From the human T2T-CHM13v2.0 reference genome, Homo sapiens: 64,000 bases of DNA. Every line of letters begins with the position of its first letter. Position 1 is the stretch's first letter. The stretch lies in assembly GCF_009914755.1 (NCBI RefSeq), contig NC_060931.1. The stretch is one strand, 5' to 3'. The notes under the pieces are model-generated. The model saw only the letters and a program-made list of their open reading frames with translations, was not told where the DNA came from and did no database searches. The translations under genes and the position numbers were made by a program. Positions 26,496 to 39,798 of this stretch are shown one piece after another.

Positions 26496-26818
26496 CAGGG
26501 GTTCCCAACCCCTAGGCCATGGATGGGTACTTACTGTGTTAGGAACCTGGCCACACAGCAGGAGATGAGTAGCAAATGAGAGAGCATTACTGCCTGAGTT
26601 CCACCTTCTGTTAGATCAGTGGTGGTGTTAGATTCTCACAGGAGCTTGAAGCCTATTGTGAACTGTGCATGCGAGGGATCTAGGTTGAGAATCTAATGCC
26701 TGATGATCTGAAGTGGAATTGTTTCATCCGGAAATCATTCCCCGCCCACCCACCAGTCCGTGAAAAAATTGTCTTCCACAAAACTAGTCCCTGGTGCCAA
26801 AAACGTCGGGGACTGCTG
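26496..26818 (+). mobile_element. MER1B (hAT-Charlie MITE)
   Basis: caggggttcccaacccc...gagaatctaatgcctgatgatctg...ggggactgctg; 8-bp TSD gtttagta. Confidence 0.93.
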
Positions 26819-26881
26819 GTTTAGTACCATCCATTTGATGCTGTTCTTGTGATAGAGTTCTCACAAGATCTGGTTGTTTAA

Positions 26882-27373
<492 letters not shown>

Positions 27374-27774
27374 AGGTATTTCTTTATAGTAATGTGAGAA
27401 CAGACTAATATGGGGTTCCTCCCATTTGGCACCACCATGTCAGCTGGAGGGGAACTGGCACGAGGTTTGAAGATGTGGCCTCTGTCAAGCTGGCTGTGTC
27501 TAGGGAGAGCTTCCAAGCTGCATGCGTCAAGAGGAGGCATGCATCTGTGCCTGCAAGAAGCTGGATGGAGGCTCCAAGGCCTGAGTGACTGTGTCCTGCA
27601 GAAGTTCGCCCCAGTTGGCAGGCCCATTTAGGGGGGACATGGAGAAGAAGGTGCCAGCAGGATGGGTTCAGACGTCCTGGTGCTCTCACTGCAATGGCTT
27701 CCATGCCTGGAGCACTCAGAACAGTCTTGGCTGAGCATTTACAGACATCGTCTCATTTCCTCCTCCTAACCCAC

Positions 27775-28012
27775 ACAGAAGCCAGGTTTTATGGGTCCAG
27801 AATTGTATACAATTTGGGGAGCCTTTTTTGAAAAGGAACACATATGAGCTAATACAAATAGACTGAAATAAGAGGAAAAAAATAAAATAATTTCTTTAGA
27901 AAGGAAAAGGAACACCAACTTACCAACATGAAATTAGATACAAAAGCAGGTCTTTAGAAGTGAGGGCTACCTAAGCTTTAGCTTCATTCACTTCGCAGTA
28001 CATTTGGCTCTG
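27775..28012. mobile_element. Ancient hAT (Tip100-like) MITE remnant inside a MIR
   Basis: ccaggttttatggg...tatacaatttgggg and agctttagcttcattcacttcgcagt ends; MIR core resumes at 28020-28135. Confidence 0.45.
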
Positions 28013-29074
28013 GGGACAGGTATCATCACCCCCATTTTAAAGGTCAAGAAATTGAGGCACAGATTGGTGAAGCGATTCACCCAATGTCAGACAGTGGGCA
28101 ACAAATTAGCTAGGATTGTATCCCAGATCCGTTTAGTGTCACCCAAGTTAGTAGTAACACCCAATGACCTCTGATGGCGGTGGTGATGGGTGCCTCTGTT
28201 CTAGAAAGAATGTGGATCTAATTTGCATCATAAAGTGATTGATGCCATCAGCTGTGTTTATGCCATCAGTTAGTCTGTATTGATCCAGGGCGTATTTTGT
28301 GCAGATGGGGACCCTGGGAAGTTAGCAGCAATGGAGAAAAGCGTGGAATGCTCTCCAGGTATTAACACCACTGCCACCGCCACCCTGGCCATGGAACACT
28401 GCACAGGGAGAAGGCAACAGAGCAAAACAAGCATATTGCATTTCTCCAGCTGCTCCGGAAGTCCTTGGGACAGGAACCATGTGTGTTTAGGAGAACACCT
28501 CCATAAGCCTTTGGAAGCAGAAAACAAGAGCCTGTGGGCTTGAGCTGGAAGAAGACAACAAAGAAATGCTAGACCACCTTACGTTAGAAAAAAGTGCCCT
28601 AATGGGGGCCAGAAAGGCAGAGTGAGGGAAGAGAGAAGGAAGCGGGGAAAGGGATAACAGCGGGCAGGGGAAATGTGGCAGGAAGGACAGCCCAAGTGGA
28701 CATGTCCAAGACTTCAAAAAACCAGACTGTACTCAGTTTGTACCCCTGTCCTTTATAGCATAAATCTCCATAGCCCCAGAGTTTCAGCACAGCTGGAACA
28801 CACACAGGGGTCTTGAATGCAAGGGCTGTGTGAGGGAGGGATTGTGTGTGTGAGGGCCTATGTGTGTAGTGAAGTGTTCGTAGACAAATGTTCAAAAGAG
28901 GATGCTCAGATCATTACCGATGCCCTGTGTTGTTAAGAGTTTATCATCTGTGAATCGAAGGGTTTATAACAGGATAATGACAGAAACGTGAGTTTAATAC
29001 AATTTTTAAAAGATGTTTCCTAGAATGCTGTATACACAATGTGCTGAACAATATTATTTCAGTGAACGTAGGTC

Positions 29075-29260
29075 ATGTATATAGTTGTGTATGTGAGAGT
29101 ATGTACGTGTGTGGGAGTGTGTGTGTTGTGTGTATGTGTGTGAGATTGTGCATGTATGAGTGTGTGTGAGTGGTGTGTATATGTTTATTAGTGGGTGTGT
29201 GTGAGCATGTGTGTGTGTGAGCGTGTAAGAGTGTGAGTGTTGAGTCTGTGTGTGTGTCTG
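29075..29260. repeat. Degenerate (TG)n/(TGAG)n simple repeat
   Basis: Directly visible GT-rich low-complexity sequence. Confidence 0.9.
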
Positions 29261-29494
29261 AAGCTGAGGTCAACATCTGGGCTAGATCAAAAACCTAATT
29301 GAGGAAAGCATAGTGGAGTGGAAGCAAGAAATATTATTCCTGGGGCTTCACCAAAATCTAAAATTGGGCACTGATGGGGTGGGGATTTGAGATCCTCTTC
29401 TCTAGATCTTGGAGGGCAGATGGTCCCCTCTGACATCCGGGTTGGAAAGGGGAAAGTAGCACTATTGAGCATGCCCTGGGCCCCAGTCCCCATG

Positions 29495-29640
29495 GCTGTG
29501 CCACACACATTATCTCATCTGCTTTCCCCACAATCATACGAGATGAGTATTTTTTTGCCCACTTGGTAAAGAAATCAAGGCTCAGTCAAAGAGGTTAAAC
29601 AACTGGCCAGTAGCGAACAGCTGTTAAGAACAGGATTCCT
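29495..29640 (-). mobile_element. MIR fragment
   Basis: cattatctcat...cccact...aaggctcag...gaggttaa. Confidence 0.6.
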
Positions 29641-30379
29641 CTGATGTCACAGCCCCTGCTGATTCCCTGCTTCCCCTACACGCCACCCAGTCCCACCTTG
29701 CTGTGATATTTCTCCCACTTTAGTCCATTTCCAGAACATTTGGCATAGGCAAGTCGAAGACAATTGGCTGGCAGTCCTTGTGTCTCCGCAATGCAGTTGC
29801 CCAGCTCGGTTTCCTCCCACAGTCTCCTCTTCCTTTCCTCTTACCCCTTTCCCTGTCAGGGCTCTCATTGAAGCCAGTGGAAAATTACTGACCTAGTCAT
29901 TGGCTCCTGCATCTTAAATGGAGACATTACTGCTCCCTGCTGCCCAGATTGTCCCTGAACTCTTGACCAAATATGTGGTAGCTGCTTTTAACTGTGACCT
30001 CACACATCAAGTGAAAATGCTAGAGACAAATACATATTACCTTTTTTCCCTGCATCTTCCACAGAAATTGAGAGAAAAACATCTTAATGGAATTGATTAA
30101 ATAGATGAGATGACATTTTAAACACTTGACCATAGGTAAAGTAGTGGGTTATGCAAACTCATTTTAATGTGTTGGCCATCTGACTGCCACCAAGGCATAG
30201 CTACTTGTTTTTTCTTGGTAAAGTGCAAAATAACTGTCAAGCCAGATCTCTAGGTGATAATAAGCATCCAATTATCACTAAAAATGGAGTCTGGTCCAGG
30301 ACACCTGCCAGTCCTTGGAGATTCAAGTAGAACTCTATGTGCTGGTTCAGCTACACTGAAGAAGGGAAACAAATAAAAA

Positions 30380-30680
30380 TGGTGATTTATGAGTGCCTCC
30401 TTTGTGCCAGTCACTGTGCTAAGCATGCTACATTCATAATCTTATCCTATCTACAGAGCAGGGTGGACACCATTGCTATCCCCTTTTTGCAGAAGAGGGG
30501 ATTAATGCCCAAGGTCACACGCTTATATGTGTCTGGGCTCATCCAGTTCTTCACCTCCTCAACATAAGTTAGGATGGCACTTTCCTGATCCTTTGATGTT
30601 AGTAACCTGTCACTTCCAGGTAAAACTAGTTTCCTCATCTGCAAATGAAAAATAGTATCTATCCTGCAACCTGTTTGGAA
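30380..30680. mobile_element. Two MIR fragments in opposite orientations
   Basis: gagtgcctcctttgtgccag...gcccaaggtcacac (minus) and agtttcctcatctgcaaatg (plus). Confidence 0.6.
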
Positions 30681-30682
30681 GA

Positions 30683-31077
30683 TGTATTAGCCTGTTCTCA
30701 CATTGCTATAAGGAACGACATAAGATTTATGTATGAAAAGAGTGATTTCTGAAGAAAAGAGTTTAATTGACTCACAGTCCCACAGGCTGTATGGGAACTA
30801 TGGATGGGAAGGCCTCAGAAAACTTACAATCATGGTGGAAAGTGAAGGGGAAGCAGGCACATCTTCATAAGGTGGCAGGAAGGAGACAGAGAGCAAAGTA
30901 TGAAGTGCTACACACTTATAAACAACCAGCTCTCATGAGAACTCACTCACTATCATGAGAATAGCAAGGGGGAAGTTTGCCCCCATGATCCAGTCAATTC
31001 CCGCCAGGTCCTTCCTCCAACATTGAGGATTAGTTTGATATTAGATTTGGGTGGGGACACAAATCCAAACCATATCA
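30683..31077 (-). mobile_element. THE1D-like MaLR solo LTR
   Basis: tgtattag...aacttacaatcatgg...gagaactcactcactatcatgagaa...ccaaaccatatca. Confidence 0.88.
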
Positions 31078-31584
31078 GAAAATTTAATGTAATTATATAT
31101 ATATAATAATGTATATAAAAACATATAAGATAGTGCATGGCTTAATAAATGTTAGTTATTATTTTAATGATAATGATTACATGATGTTGCTACTTGAGAA
31201 TCTTCAGGAGCTTCCTTTACTTATTAAGTCATGACCAAACTTCTCAGTCAGACATTCCAGGCTCCAATTCCTCACTGATGCTTCTGTCATGGTTCAGGCT
31301 ACCTTACTTAGCTCCTGGACTCTGTTGGGTGGGAGGAATAGGAAGATGAAGGCAGGAACCAGCACCTGAGAAGACAGGAGCTGCTTCAAGTAGCTTGGCC
31401 TCAGGAGTGACCCATCATAGTAGTGCCTGCCTCAGCTAACCCTTAAGGTGGCCCAGGAGTCTCTATCCAGCAGAAAGAACACAGCTATTGGAGGCAATCC
31501 TGGCAATTAGCATTGGTCATTATGCCTGTTGCTGAAGGCAAAGTTTTTTAACCATTTATAGTGTTGGATTAAGACATATATATT

Positions 31585-33640
31585 GGAGTTTTTCTTCTGG
31601 GCAAGGTGGAGTAAGCACACCCTACCCTGTTTCTCCCACAAAATGCAAAAATGAACCCTGGACAGACTACATTGAACAGCTATCTAAGGACCATGACAAG
31701 TAAACAGGAGCAGGTGAATTGGGGAAAGAGATCAGAATATGAAGTACCACCAAAACCACCATGAATCTCTCATCTTTTATCCCCTCTTGTATCATCTGGC
31801 CTGGACTCATTAGTCTGGCCTGGATGTGCACACCAAAAGCAAGCAGGGCTCTAAAAAGAATCCTCACTTTCTGGTCCAAGGTGGTTGTGGGGACACCTAA
31901 GAGTTATAAGAAGTGGAGAAAGTCCCTGGTTTTTAAATCTTTTTTCACTCTTGCCCACCCAACCCCCAGGTAATCCCATAGTGGCAGCAGTAACAGCAAT
32001 GGCAACAGCAGCCTGGAGAGCACCGAAATACTTAAAGCTCTGAGGGAAGCGAGTCTTCCCTCCACAGAGAAGCTGTGGTCCCAAGAGGGTGGGACAAAAT
32101 ACCATTCCCTTTTCTCTCTCTCTGTTCATACACTGCCTGGTGGGACAGACTCAAGTATAGCCATGAGATGTATGCAGCAAGGTAGGAAAACTAAAGACCT
32201 AGGTTTCTAACCAGAGGACAAAAAAAATGGGGCTTCAGTGGGCCAAAAATGCCAGAATAATCTCAGAAAGGAGACTGCTCAAGAGAGCAGTTCCATATTA
32301 ACTCCGAGGCTTACTTCTAAGCTGCACATGGTGTGAGAACTGAACTGTGCATGAGACTATGATCCAGGCCACCAAATGGCCACTGGGCAACATACACACA
32401 ACAGATTCCCATAGCACTGCAAAGGCTTTGAAAACTGAACTGATATTAGAACCACAGTCCACAAGAGAACTCGAGTCTGGAGCCTAATTAGACTGATTGC
32501 TTGCAAAAACAAAACAAAACAAAATTCAAAATTCGCTTTAGGATTTAAACAAGACATGGATCCTCATAATGTAATATTCAAAATGTTCAGGACACAATCC
32601 AAAACTACTTGACATATGAAAGACAAGAAAAACTTCAACTTATAGGGAAAAGAACAATCAACAGATGCCACCTGCAAGATGACACAAATGTTGAAATTAT
32701 TAAAGATGCAAAGGCGACTATTATAAACATATTCCAAGAAGTAAGGGAAAATTCTCTTGAAACAAAAAAGTCTCAATAAAGACTATAGAAGATACAAAGA
32801 AGGACAAAAGAGAAACTTTTTGGAACTGAAAATTACAATGACCGAAATAAAATATTGCCTGGATAAGATCAATAGCAAAATAGAGAAAGTCAGTGAATTG
32901 AAGATTGAATAGAAATTATCCAATCTGAACAAAAGGAAAAAATTAAAAATTAATGAACAGAGTATTGGAGGCATGTGAGACAATACGAAAAAGTCTAATA
33001 TTCATAGTGTTAGAGTTCCAGAGGGAGAAGGGGAAGAATAGGATGCAAAGAAACAAACAAAACCCAAAGGAAACCGTGCCCAGATGCATCGTAATTAAAC
33101 TGCTAAAAACTAGGGCAAAACATCTTGAAAGCAGCCAGAGAAAAATGATACTTTATATAAAGGGAAACATTGACTTAAATAACTGTGGATTCCTCAGGAA
33201 AAAAAAGTAGGCCAGAGGAAATGGAATAACATTTTTAAAGTGCTGAAAGAGAAAAAACTGTCAATCTGGAATTCAATATCCAGTGAAAACATCCTTCAGG
33301 AACGAAGATGAAATAAAGACATTCTCAATGAATGAAATCTGGAAGAATTCATCACCAACAGACATGTTCCAAAATCAATACTAAAGAAATACTTTTCCTC
33401 CTAAGATGCAGAACAAAGCAAAGATGTTCTGGCAAAGGAAGAATGAAAGTAATGGGCAAACAATCAGTGGTTGCCAGGGATTAGGGGTGGGAGATGTGTG
33501 ACCACAAAGGGAAGAATGAGAGAATTTGTGTATGATGAACTGTCTGTATCCTATTGTGGTGGTGGTTACATGAATCTAAACATATGTTAAACCTTACCAA
33601 ACTGTTATGCCCCAAAATAAAATTTAAAAATAAAGTTAAA
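31585..33640 (+). mobile_element. Old L1M (L1MC/MD-type): 5' UTR plus decayed ORF1 joined to a 3' UTR
   Basis: ORF1-like peptide PRCIVIKLLKT...ESSQRK; gccagaggaaatggaataacatttttaaagtgctgaaag; 3' UTR cagtggttgccaggg at ~33465. Confidence 0.75.
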
Positions 33641-33659
33641 ATGATTGTGTATTTTTTTA

Positions 33660-33940
33660 GTGGCTTAAAACTACACAAGTTTTTATGTTATAGTTAAAAG
33701 TCAGAACGTGGGTTAGAAGTTCAACACAGGTCTCTCTGGGCTAAAAGCAAGGTGTTGGCAGGGTTGCATTCCTGTATGGAAGCTCTAGGGGAGAATCCCT
33801 TTCCTTGTCTTTCCCAGCTCCTAGAGGCCATTACATTCCTTGGCTTATAACATCTTCCTTCATTTTCAAAGCCAGCAATATCAGGCCAAGTCCTTCCCAC
33901 ATTGCCTCACTTTAACCTCCTCTTTTGTCTCCCTCTTCTG
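33660..33940 (-). mobile_element. MLT1D-like LTR fragment
   Basis: tggcttaaaac...ctctaggggagaatcc...cttccttcattttcaaagccagc. Confidence 0.8.
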
Positions 33941-33947
33941 ATTCTTC

Positions 33948-34355
33948 TTTTTTATTGAGGTGAAATTTACACAAAATTAACCTTTTTCATGTCCATTTTA
34001 AAGTGAACAATTCAATGGCATTTAGTACATTCACAATGTTGTGCAACCACAACCTCTACCTAGTTTCAAAACATTTTCATCAACCTGAAAGAAAACTTCA
34101 TACTCATTAAGCAGTCACTCCCCATGTCCCCTACCCCAGTCCCTGGCAACCATCAATCTGCTGTCTGTCTTTATGGATTTGCCTATTCTGGGTATTTTGT
34201 GTAAATGGAATCATATGTGACCTTTTGTGACTGGCTTCTTTTGGAGGTTTTGATGGTTCATCCACATTGTAGCACATGTAAGTACTTCATTCCTTTTTAT
34301 GCCTGAATAATATTCCATTGTATGTACATACCACCATTTGTTCCTCCATTCATCC
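33948..34355 (-). mobile_element. L1MB-type 3' end
   Basis: tttattgaggtgaaattt...tttagtacattcacaatgttgtgcaaccac...gaataatattccattgtatg. Confidence 0.85.
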
Positions 34356-34509
34356 TGTGTATTCATCTTTAAAATAAAACTTTAAAAAACTTTATATATG
34401 ATGTCTCACCCAAGACCAATCAAATCAGAATCTCTGAAGGGTTAGAACCCTGGGTGATGGTACTTTTAGATCACCAGAGTTGAGAATCTCTGCTTTTATA
34501 TAATGTTTT

Positions 34510-35045
34510 GGTCATCAATTTCTGCATAAGAAGCCATCCCAAAATGCAGTAGATTAAAGTAACAATGATTTTATTTTATCATGATTCTACAATCTGTACC
34601 AGGCTCAGCTCTGTTGTTGAGCAAGTAACAGATCCAATCCAGACTCTGCTAGCTTGCTGGTGGTCACTCATGTGAGTATATTGAGCCAATGGGTTGACTT
34701 AAGTCTGGATTCAACATGGAATGCGACAGTTGTGCTTCAGTCTCTCACCATGTCTCAGGGCCTCTCCCTCTCCTTGAGGCTACTCTACGTAATCTCTCCA
34801 GTAGAGTAGCTGGACTTCCTACACAGTGGCCCAGGACTCCCAAAGCATAGGAGCAGAGGATGCCATGACTCTACATCCTCATCCCAGAACAGACACGGTG
34901 TTCACTCCCACCACATTCTACCGTTAAAGCAAGAAACACATCCAGCCCAGACTCAAGGAGGGGCCTACACAAGGGCCTGAATACCTGGAGATGTGGGGAG
35001 GGGGATCATGACTCACTGGGGCCGCCAATGTAATGGACAACCGTA
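34510..35045 (-). mobile_element. Old MLT1 LTR
   Basis: cccaaaatgcagt...tctctccagtagagtagctggacttc...cagcccagactcaaggag. Confidence 0.6.
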
Positions 35046-35109
35046 TGCAACCTCTTGTGCAATGTTAATATATTTTCAGTAAAACCAAATAATTCACACA
35101 TATAAAAGC

Positions 35110-35555
35110 AAACAGATGTCCAATGTATAGTAATGTAACTAAAGTTAACAATGCTGTATTGCATACTTGAAATCTGCCAAAAGTGTAGATCTCAAGTGTT
35201 CTTACGTAGTCAATTCTGCAAGAGGATATAACAATTTTAAATATATATGCACCCAACACTGGAGCATCCAGATATATAAGGCAAATATTAGAGCTTAAGA
35301 GAAAGATAGGCCCCAGTACAATAGTAGCTGGAGACGTCAAGAGAGACTCTTACCAAAAAAAGGAAAGAAGGAAGGGGGGAAGGAAGGAAAGAAGGAAGGA
35401 AAGAAGGAAGGAGGAAAATGCTGACTATGTGAGGTAAAGCATATATTAATTAGCTTGATTGCAGTAATCATTTTGCAATGTATACATATATCAAAATATC
35501 AAGTTGTACACCTTGAATATATGCAATTTTATTTGCCAATTATACCTCAAAAAAC
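35110..35555 (+). mobile_element. L1MA/MB 3' end containing an inserted L1 ORF2 fragment and a (GAAG)n tract
   Basis: gtattgcatacttgaaat...ttagcttgattg...ttatacctcaa. Confidence 0.8.
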
Positions 35556-36284
35556 CTAGGGGCTGGTGGGTGAGGTAAAGGCAAACATATTTTACATACA
35601 AATGATAAAACGAAGTGGATAAGTAAATGCAGCACACACTTACTGTCCTTAGCATCACAGTAAGTGAGATATTAACATTTTGAAAATGTTAGTTATATTA
35701 GAACTGATTGCTGGTGACCCTGGATGAATTCTGAACTCCTCCTCAATCAAGCGGACTGCCACATTCCGGAATTTTCTGAACATTGAATGGTGAATAATTT
35801 TTAACATTGATTTTATCTACTCACCTGTTTCCAGCTAATCACAGCCCTGGGTGACATCACAGTCCTGGCAGAGGAGCATTTTTATTTCACTTTTTAAAAA
35901 ACCAACAACAAGCATGTAAATGAGCTCTAAGTCCTCTCTCTGTCCATGTGCAGTGAGAACAGGGCAGTTCTAAGAAGGTAAATGATGGGTGAAATTTTCT
36001 ACAGGGCTCTGCCCTTGTTATGGGATAGGGTCTCCATCCTGACCTGCACTGGAGGAACCTGGAAAAGAACTGGGCCAGAGGGCAGTGAGAAGACAAGAGA
36101 AGAAGGAGCTGAAGCTTCCCCTCAGCGCCTCAAAACTCATTTCAAACTAGCCACTAAAGTTCTGAAAACACCTCAACCTCCTGTGAAAATCCTATCCCAG
36201 TATCCCCTGTATCCCTATGAGGCTCTTCATTTTCCTATTACACAAGATGGGCCCAGAACCTTAAATGGAAGTGATACCATGCTT

Positions 36285-37130
36285 CTCATTCACTTATTCA
36301 AAAACTAGTTCTGGAGTCTCTATGCATAGTTTGTCAAGTAGCTAGGATTGTAGGGGTGAACCAGACAGATAACTACAACCCTTATGAAAAAAACATCCAG
36401 CAGGATAGAAAGAAAATAAATACATAAAACAATCAGATGGCCAAACAGATTAAAACAGAAGGAAGCGCTGGCATTCCCTGAACACACCTGCTCCCTCATA
36501 TACAGGGGCATATGGACAAGGACTTAACCAACCTCAGTTGGCTTATCTGTTAAATGGGCTCCCAATAGTACTGACTTCATGAGGTTGTGAGAATTTGCAA
36601 AATAATGTCTATTCAGTGGGATGACTGCAGTCTCAAACATGGTATATGATCAGTAACTGCTAGTTACTCTAATGATTAGTAGCAGTTTCTGAAGAACTGT
36701 ATTTAAAATTGCTTCAAGATTCAGAGAAGTCCCCTAGCAAATATGAATTCCTCTCCCTCCACCCCACTGACTTCACGCTCTTTTCTAATGTATCCAAGCA
36801 TTGATGATTTTATTAACTTTTAAGCTCATTTCTTTCTACTGAAACTCCTAAAGACCAGCCTCCTCATTAAAAAAAATATAACCCTTTAAAAGCAACTAAA
36901 CGTGATCCTCCTAGTGTTTACACTGGGAGTGGAGTGTAGAAAGCCCTTGGGATCAGAAAAACCTAGATTTGAAAGCTGGCTCTGCCAATATTTGCTGTGT
37001 GACCATGGGCAAGTAGCTTAACCTCTCTGAGCTTCAGTTTTCCAATCCATAAAATGTGACTAATAACACATGATATTCAGAGATGATATGAGGTCAGCAA
37101 AGTACTTTTCATTAAGGTGGCTATTTTTGT
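36285..37130. mobile_element. L2 3' end (minus) and two MIRs (plus)
   Basis: cattcacttattcaaaaac; aacctcagtt...ctgttaaatggg; tgtgtgaccatgggcaagtagcttaacctctctgagcttcagttt. Confidence 0.7.
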
Positions 37131-37664
37131 TATTAATAGGTCACGTAATTCAGGATGTAAACAAAGGTTTATTCTGGGAACTGAATTAAGCAAGCCATTT
37201 AAGCAAGAAGGCTGCACAACACTGAAGTGGAAATAACTGATGGGAAGACAATCATCCTCCCAATCCTCTCATTGTGCAAGACAGGGGGATCCCCAACCAT
37301 GGGGTTACTGAGGGTTCAGAACAGAGGACCCTTAAATAGCAGTGGTCTGACCACCACATTTTCAGATAGGAAGGTAGAATTGCCCCAGGCCACAGGCCCA
37401 TGGAAAGCTGTTAGGTCCCCTCAGTTTGGGGTGTCACTGGGCTTCTGTAAAAACACGTGAAGGCCCCACAAACAGTTATGTGAGTAACAAAGGGGCCACC
37501 AGCCACCTCAGCAGCAGATGGGCGGGTGGGTGGCAGAAAGGGGTAAGGGAAGCCTGACCATGCTCAGAAAAAAAGTCAGAGCATACCCTGAGCAGGGTCT
37601 CTTCTCAGCACTAGGAACATGTGGCATCAGTGGGGTATACCTGCTAAAACGGACGCACCAATAC

Positions 37665-38110
37665 AGGAACACTTTTATTAACTAAAGTCCATAGTTCACA
37701 TTAGGATTCGCTCTGTGATATACAGTCCCATGGATCTTGACAAATGCATAATGCCATGTATCCACCATTCCACTCTCAAACAGAATCATTTCACTACCCT
37801 AAAAATCCTCTGTGCACCACCTATCCATCCCTCCCTCCCCCATCCAAGCCCCTGTTAACCACTGATTTGTTTTTACCAAATACCCAGACTTCAAAGAGAT
37901 GATCTTTTTATGATCTCTGTAGTTTTACCTTTCCAGAATGTCCGGAGCTCATTTCTTTTTCCTGCTGTATCATATTCCATTGTCTGGATGTGCCACGTTT
38001 TGTTTATCTATTCATCTGTTGAAGGACATCTTGGTTGCTTCCAAGTGTTGGCAAATATGAATCAGTGTGCAGGTTTTTGTGTGGGCAAAAGTTTTCAACT
38101 TATTTGGATG
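37665..38110 (-). mobile_element. L1MC-type 3' end
   Basis: taaagtccatagttcacattagg...ctaaaaatcctctgtgc...tgaaggacatcttggttgcttcc. Confidence 0.82.
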
Positions 38111-38479
38111 GTTATGTTATGCCATACTTGCTTACTGCAATCAGATTGTAGTAAGGAAAAAAGTTGTTTAGCAGGAAAGTCTCTTTCAGAGGAAGGAAAA
38201 GTCTTCGTTGAGCAGAATGCCTTGATGGGCTGTGTGGCTGTGGAAGGACAGCCTGGGAGCATGGCCACTCGGGCTGGAAGCAGATAAAACATATACTTTA
38301 GCATCCAAACCAGGACACTTTGGGGGTTAAGAGTAGACACTATTAATATCACTGGAGCAACAGAAATAATCTGGTTTTATTCCTATAAACTTTGGTATAA
38401 TGAAGCCAAGAGTTGGCTAAACTTGAGTACATTTTTTTAAAAACTCTAAACACAAAAACATAAAACAAGGTAGGTGGCT

Positions 38480-39470
38480 GACTTTAAAATGACCGGCCAT
38501 ATTGAATGCTGGTGAGGACTCAGAGCAACTGAAACTCTCCTACATAGTTGGAGAGAGTGTAAGATGGCACGACCAACTTGGAAATCAGTTTGACAGCTTC
38601 TTAAAAAGTTAAACATACACCTACAATACAACCCAACCATCCCACTATAGGTATCTATCAAAGAGGAAAGAAAGCATGAAACCCAAAGACTTGAATGCAA
38701 GTGTTCACAGGAGCTTTATATAGAGCCAAAACCCAAAAACAACCCAAATCCACTAGTATATGAATGACAGACAAACTGTGGGACTTCTATACAATGGAAT
38801 ACCACTCTGCAGTAAAGACACACTATTGATACACACAATAACAGAGAAGAATCTCAAAATCATACTGAGTGAAAGAAGCTAGGCAAAAAAAGAACATACC
38901 GTATGATTCCATTTATGTAAAACACTAGAAAATATGAGCTAATCTTTTTTTTTTTTTCTGAGACAGAGTCTTGTTCTGTTGCCCAGGCAGGGGTGCAGTG
39001 GTGCAGTCTCAGCTCATTGCAGCCTCAATCTCCCAGGATCAAGAGATCATCCCACTTGGCCTCCTGAGTAGCTGGGACCACAGACATGCACCCCCATGCC
39101 CAGCTAATTTTGTTTTTTTTTTTTTTTTTGTAGAGATGAGGTCTCACTATGTTGCTCAGGCTGGTCTCAAACTCCTGGATTCAAACAATCCTTCCACCTT
39201 GGCCTCTCAAAGTGCTGGATTGTAAGTGTGAGCCACCGCATCCAACCAATACAAGCTAATCTGTATAGAGAAAGCGTATCACTGGTTGCCTAGGGATGGG
39301 ATTGAGGGAAGAATGGATTAAAAGGGCACAAGATAACTTTAGGTGATGGTGGAAATATTGTTTAGAAGTGACAGTTTTATGGCTGCGTGTATGTCAACAC
39401 TGATAGAATTGCACACTTTAAATATATGCGATTTTGTATCCTTCAAATATACCTCAATAAAGATGGAACA
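38480..39470 (+). mobile_element. L1ME/MD-type 3' end
   Basis: cttggaaatcagtttgacag...acaatggaatac...ctgagtgaaagaagc...acctcaataaag. Confidence 0.8.
38945..39247 (-). mobile_element. AluJ inside the L1M element
   Basis: J-type Alu; degenerate TSD aata..agctaatct. Confidence 0.92.
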
Positions 39471-39754
39471 CTTTAAGAAAAAATAAATAAAAATGCATGC
39501 TCTTTAGCCTTAAACAGAAAAACATGATTTTTAGGGAGTAGGGAGTAAGTGAGCCAGCATGGAGACAAGGAGGTTGAAGGCAAGTGAAGAAGTCCCAGAA
39601 ATTGAGCAGACAGCTACCAGAAGAGAAGGCCAGTGAACATATCCCATTTTGGACTTGGGGCCCAGGCAAGGGGGTCCCAGAGACATTTTAAGACTGATAG
39701 TGTCCAATAGTCTATTTTATCAGCTGTGCTATTCTCTAAAGAAACCCTTACATG

Positions 39755-39798
39755 TGCGCACACACACACACACGCACACACACAAACACGGACACACT
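39755..39798. repeat. Imperfect (CA)n microsatellite
   Basis: cacacacacacacacgcacacacacaaacac. Confidence 0.9.

Noticed and set aside
29073-29276. His/Thr-rich ORF
   Set aside because: It is the translation of a (CA)n-like simple repeat.
30254-30278. 8-bp hairpin gtgataat/attatcac in AT-rich unique DNA
   Set aside because: A single short stem is expected by chance in 64 kb.
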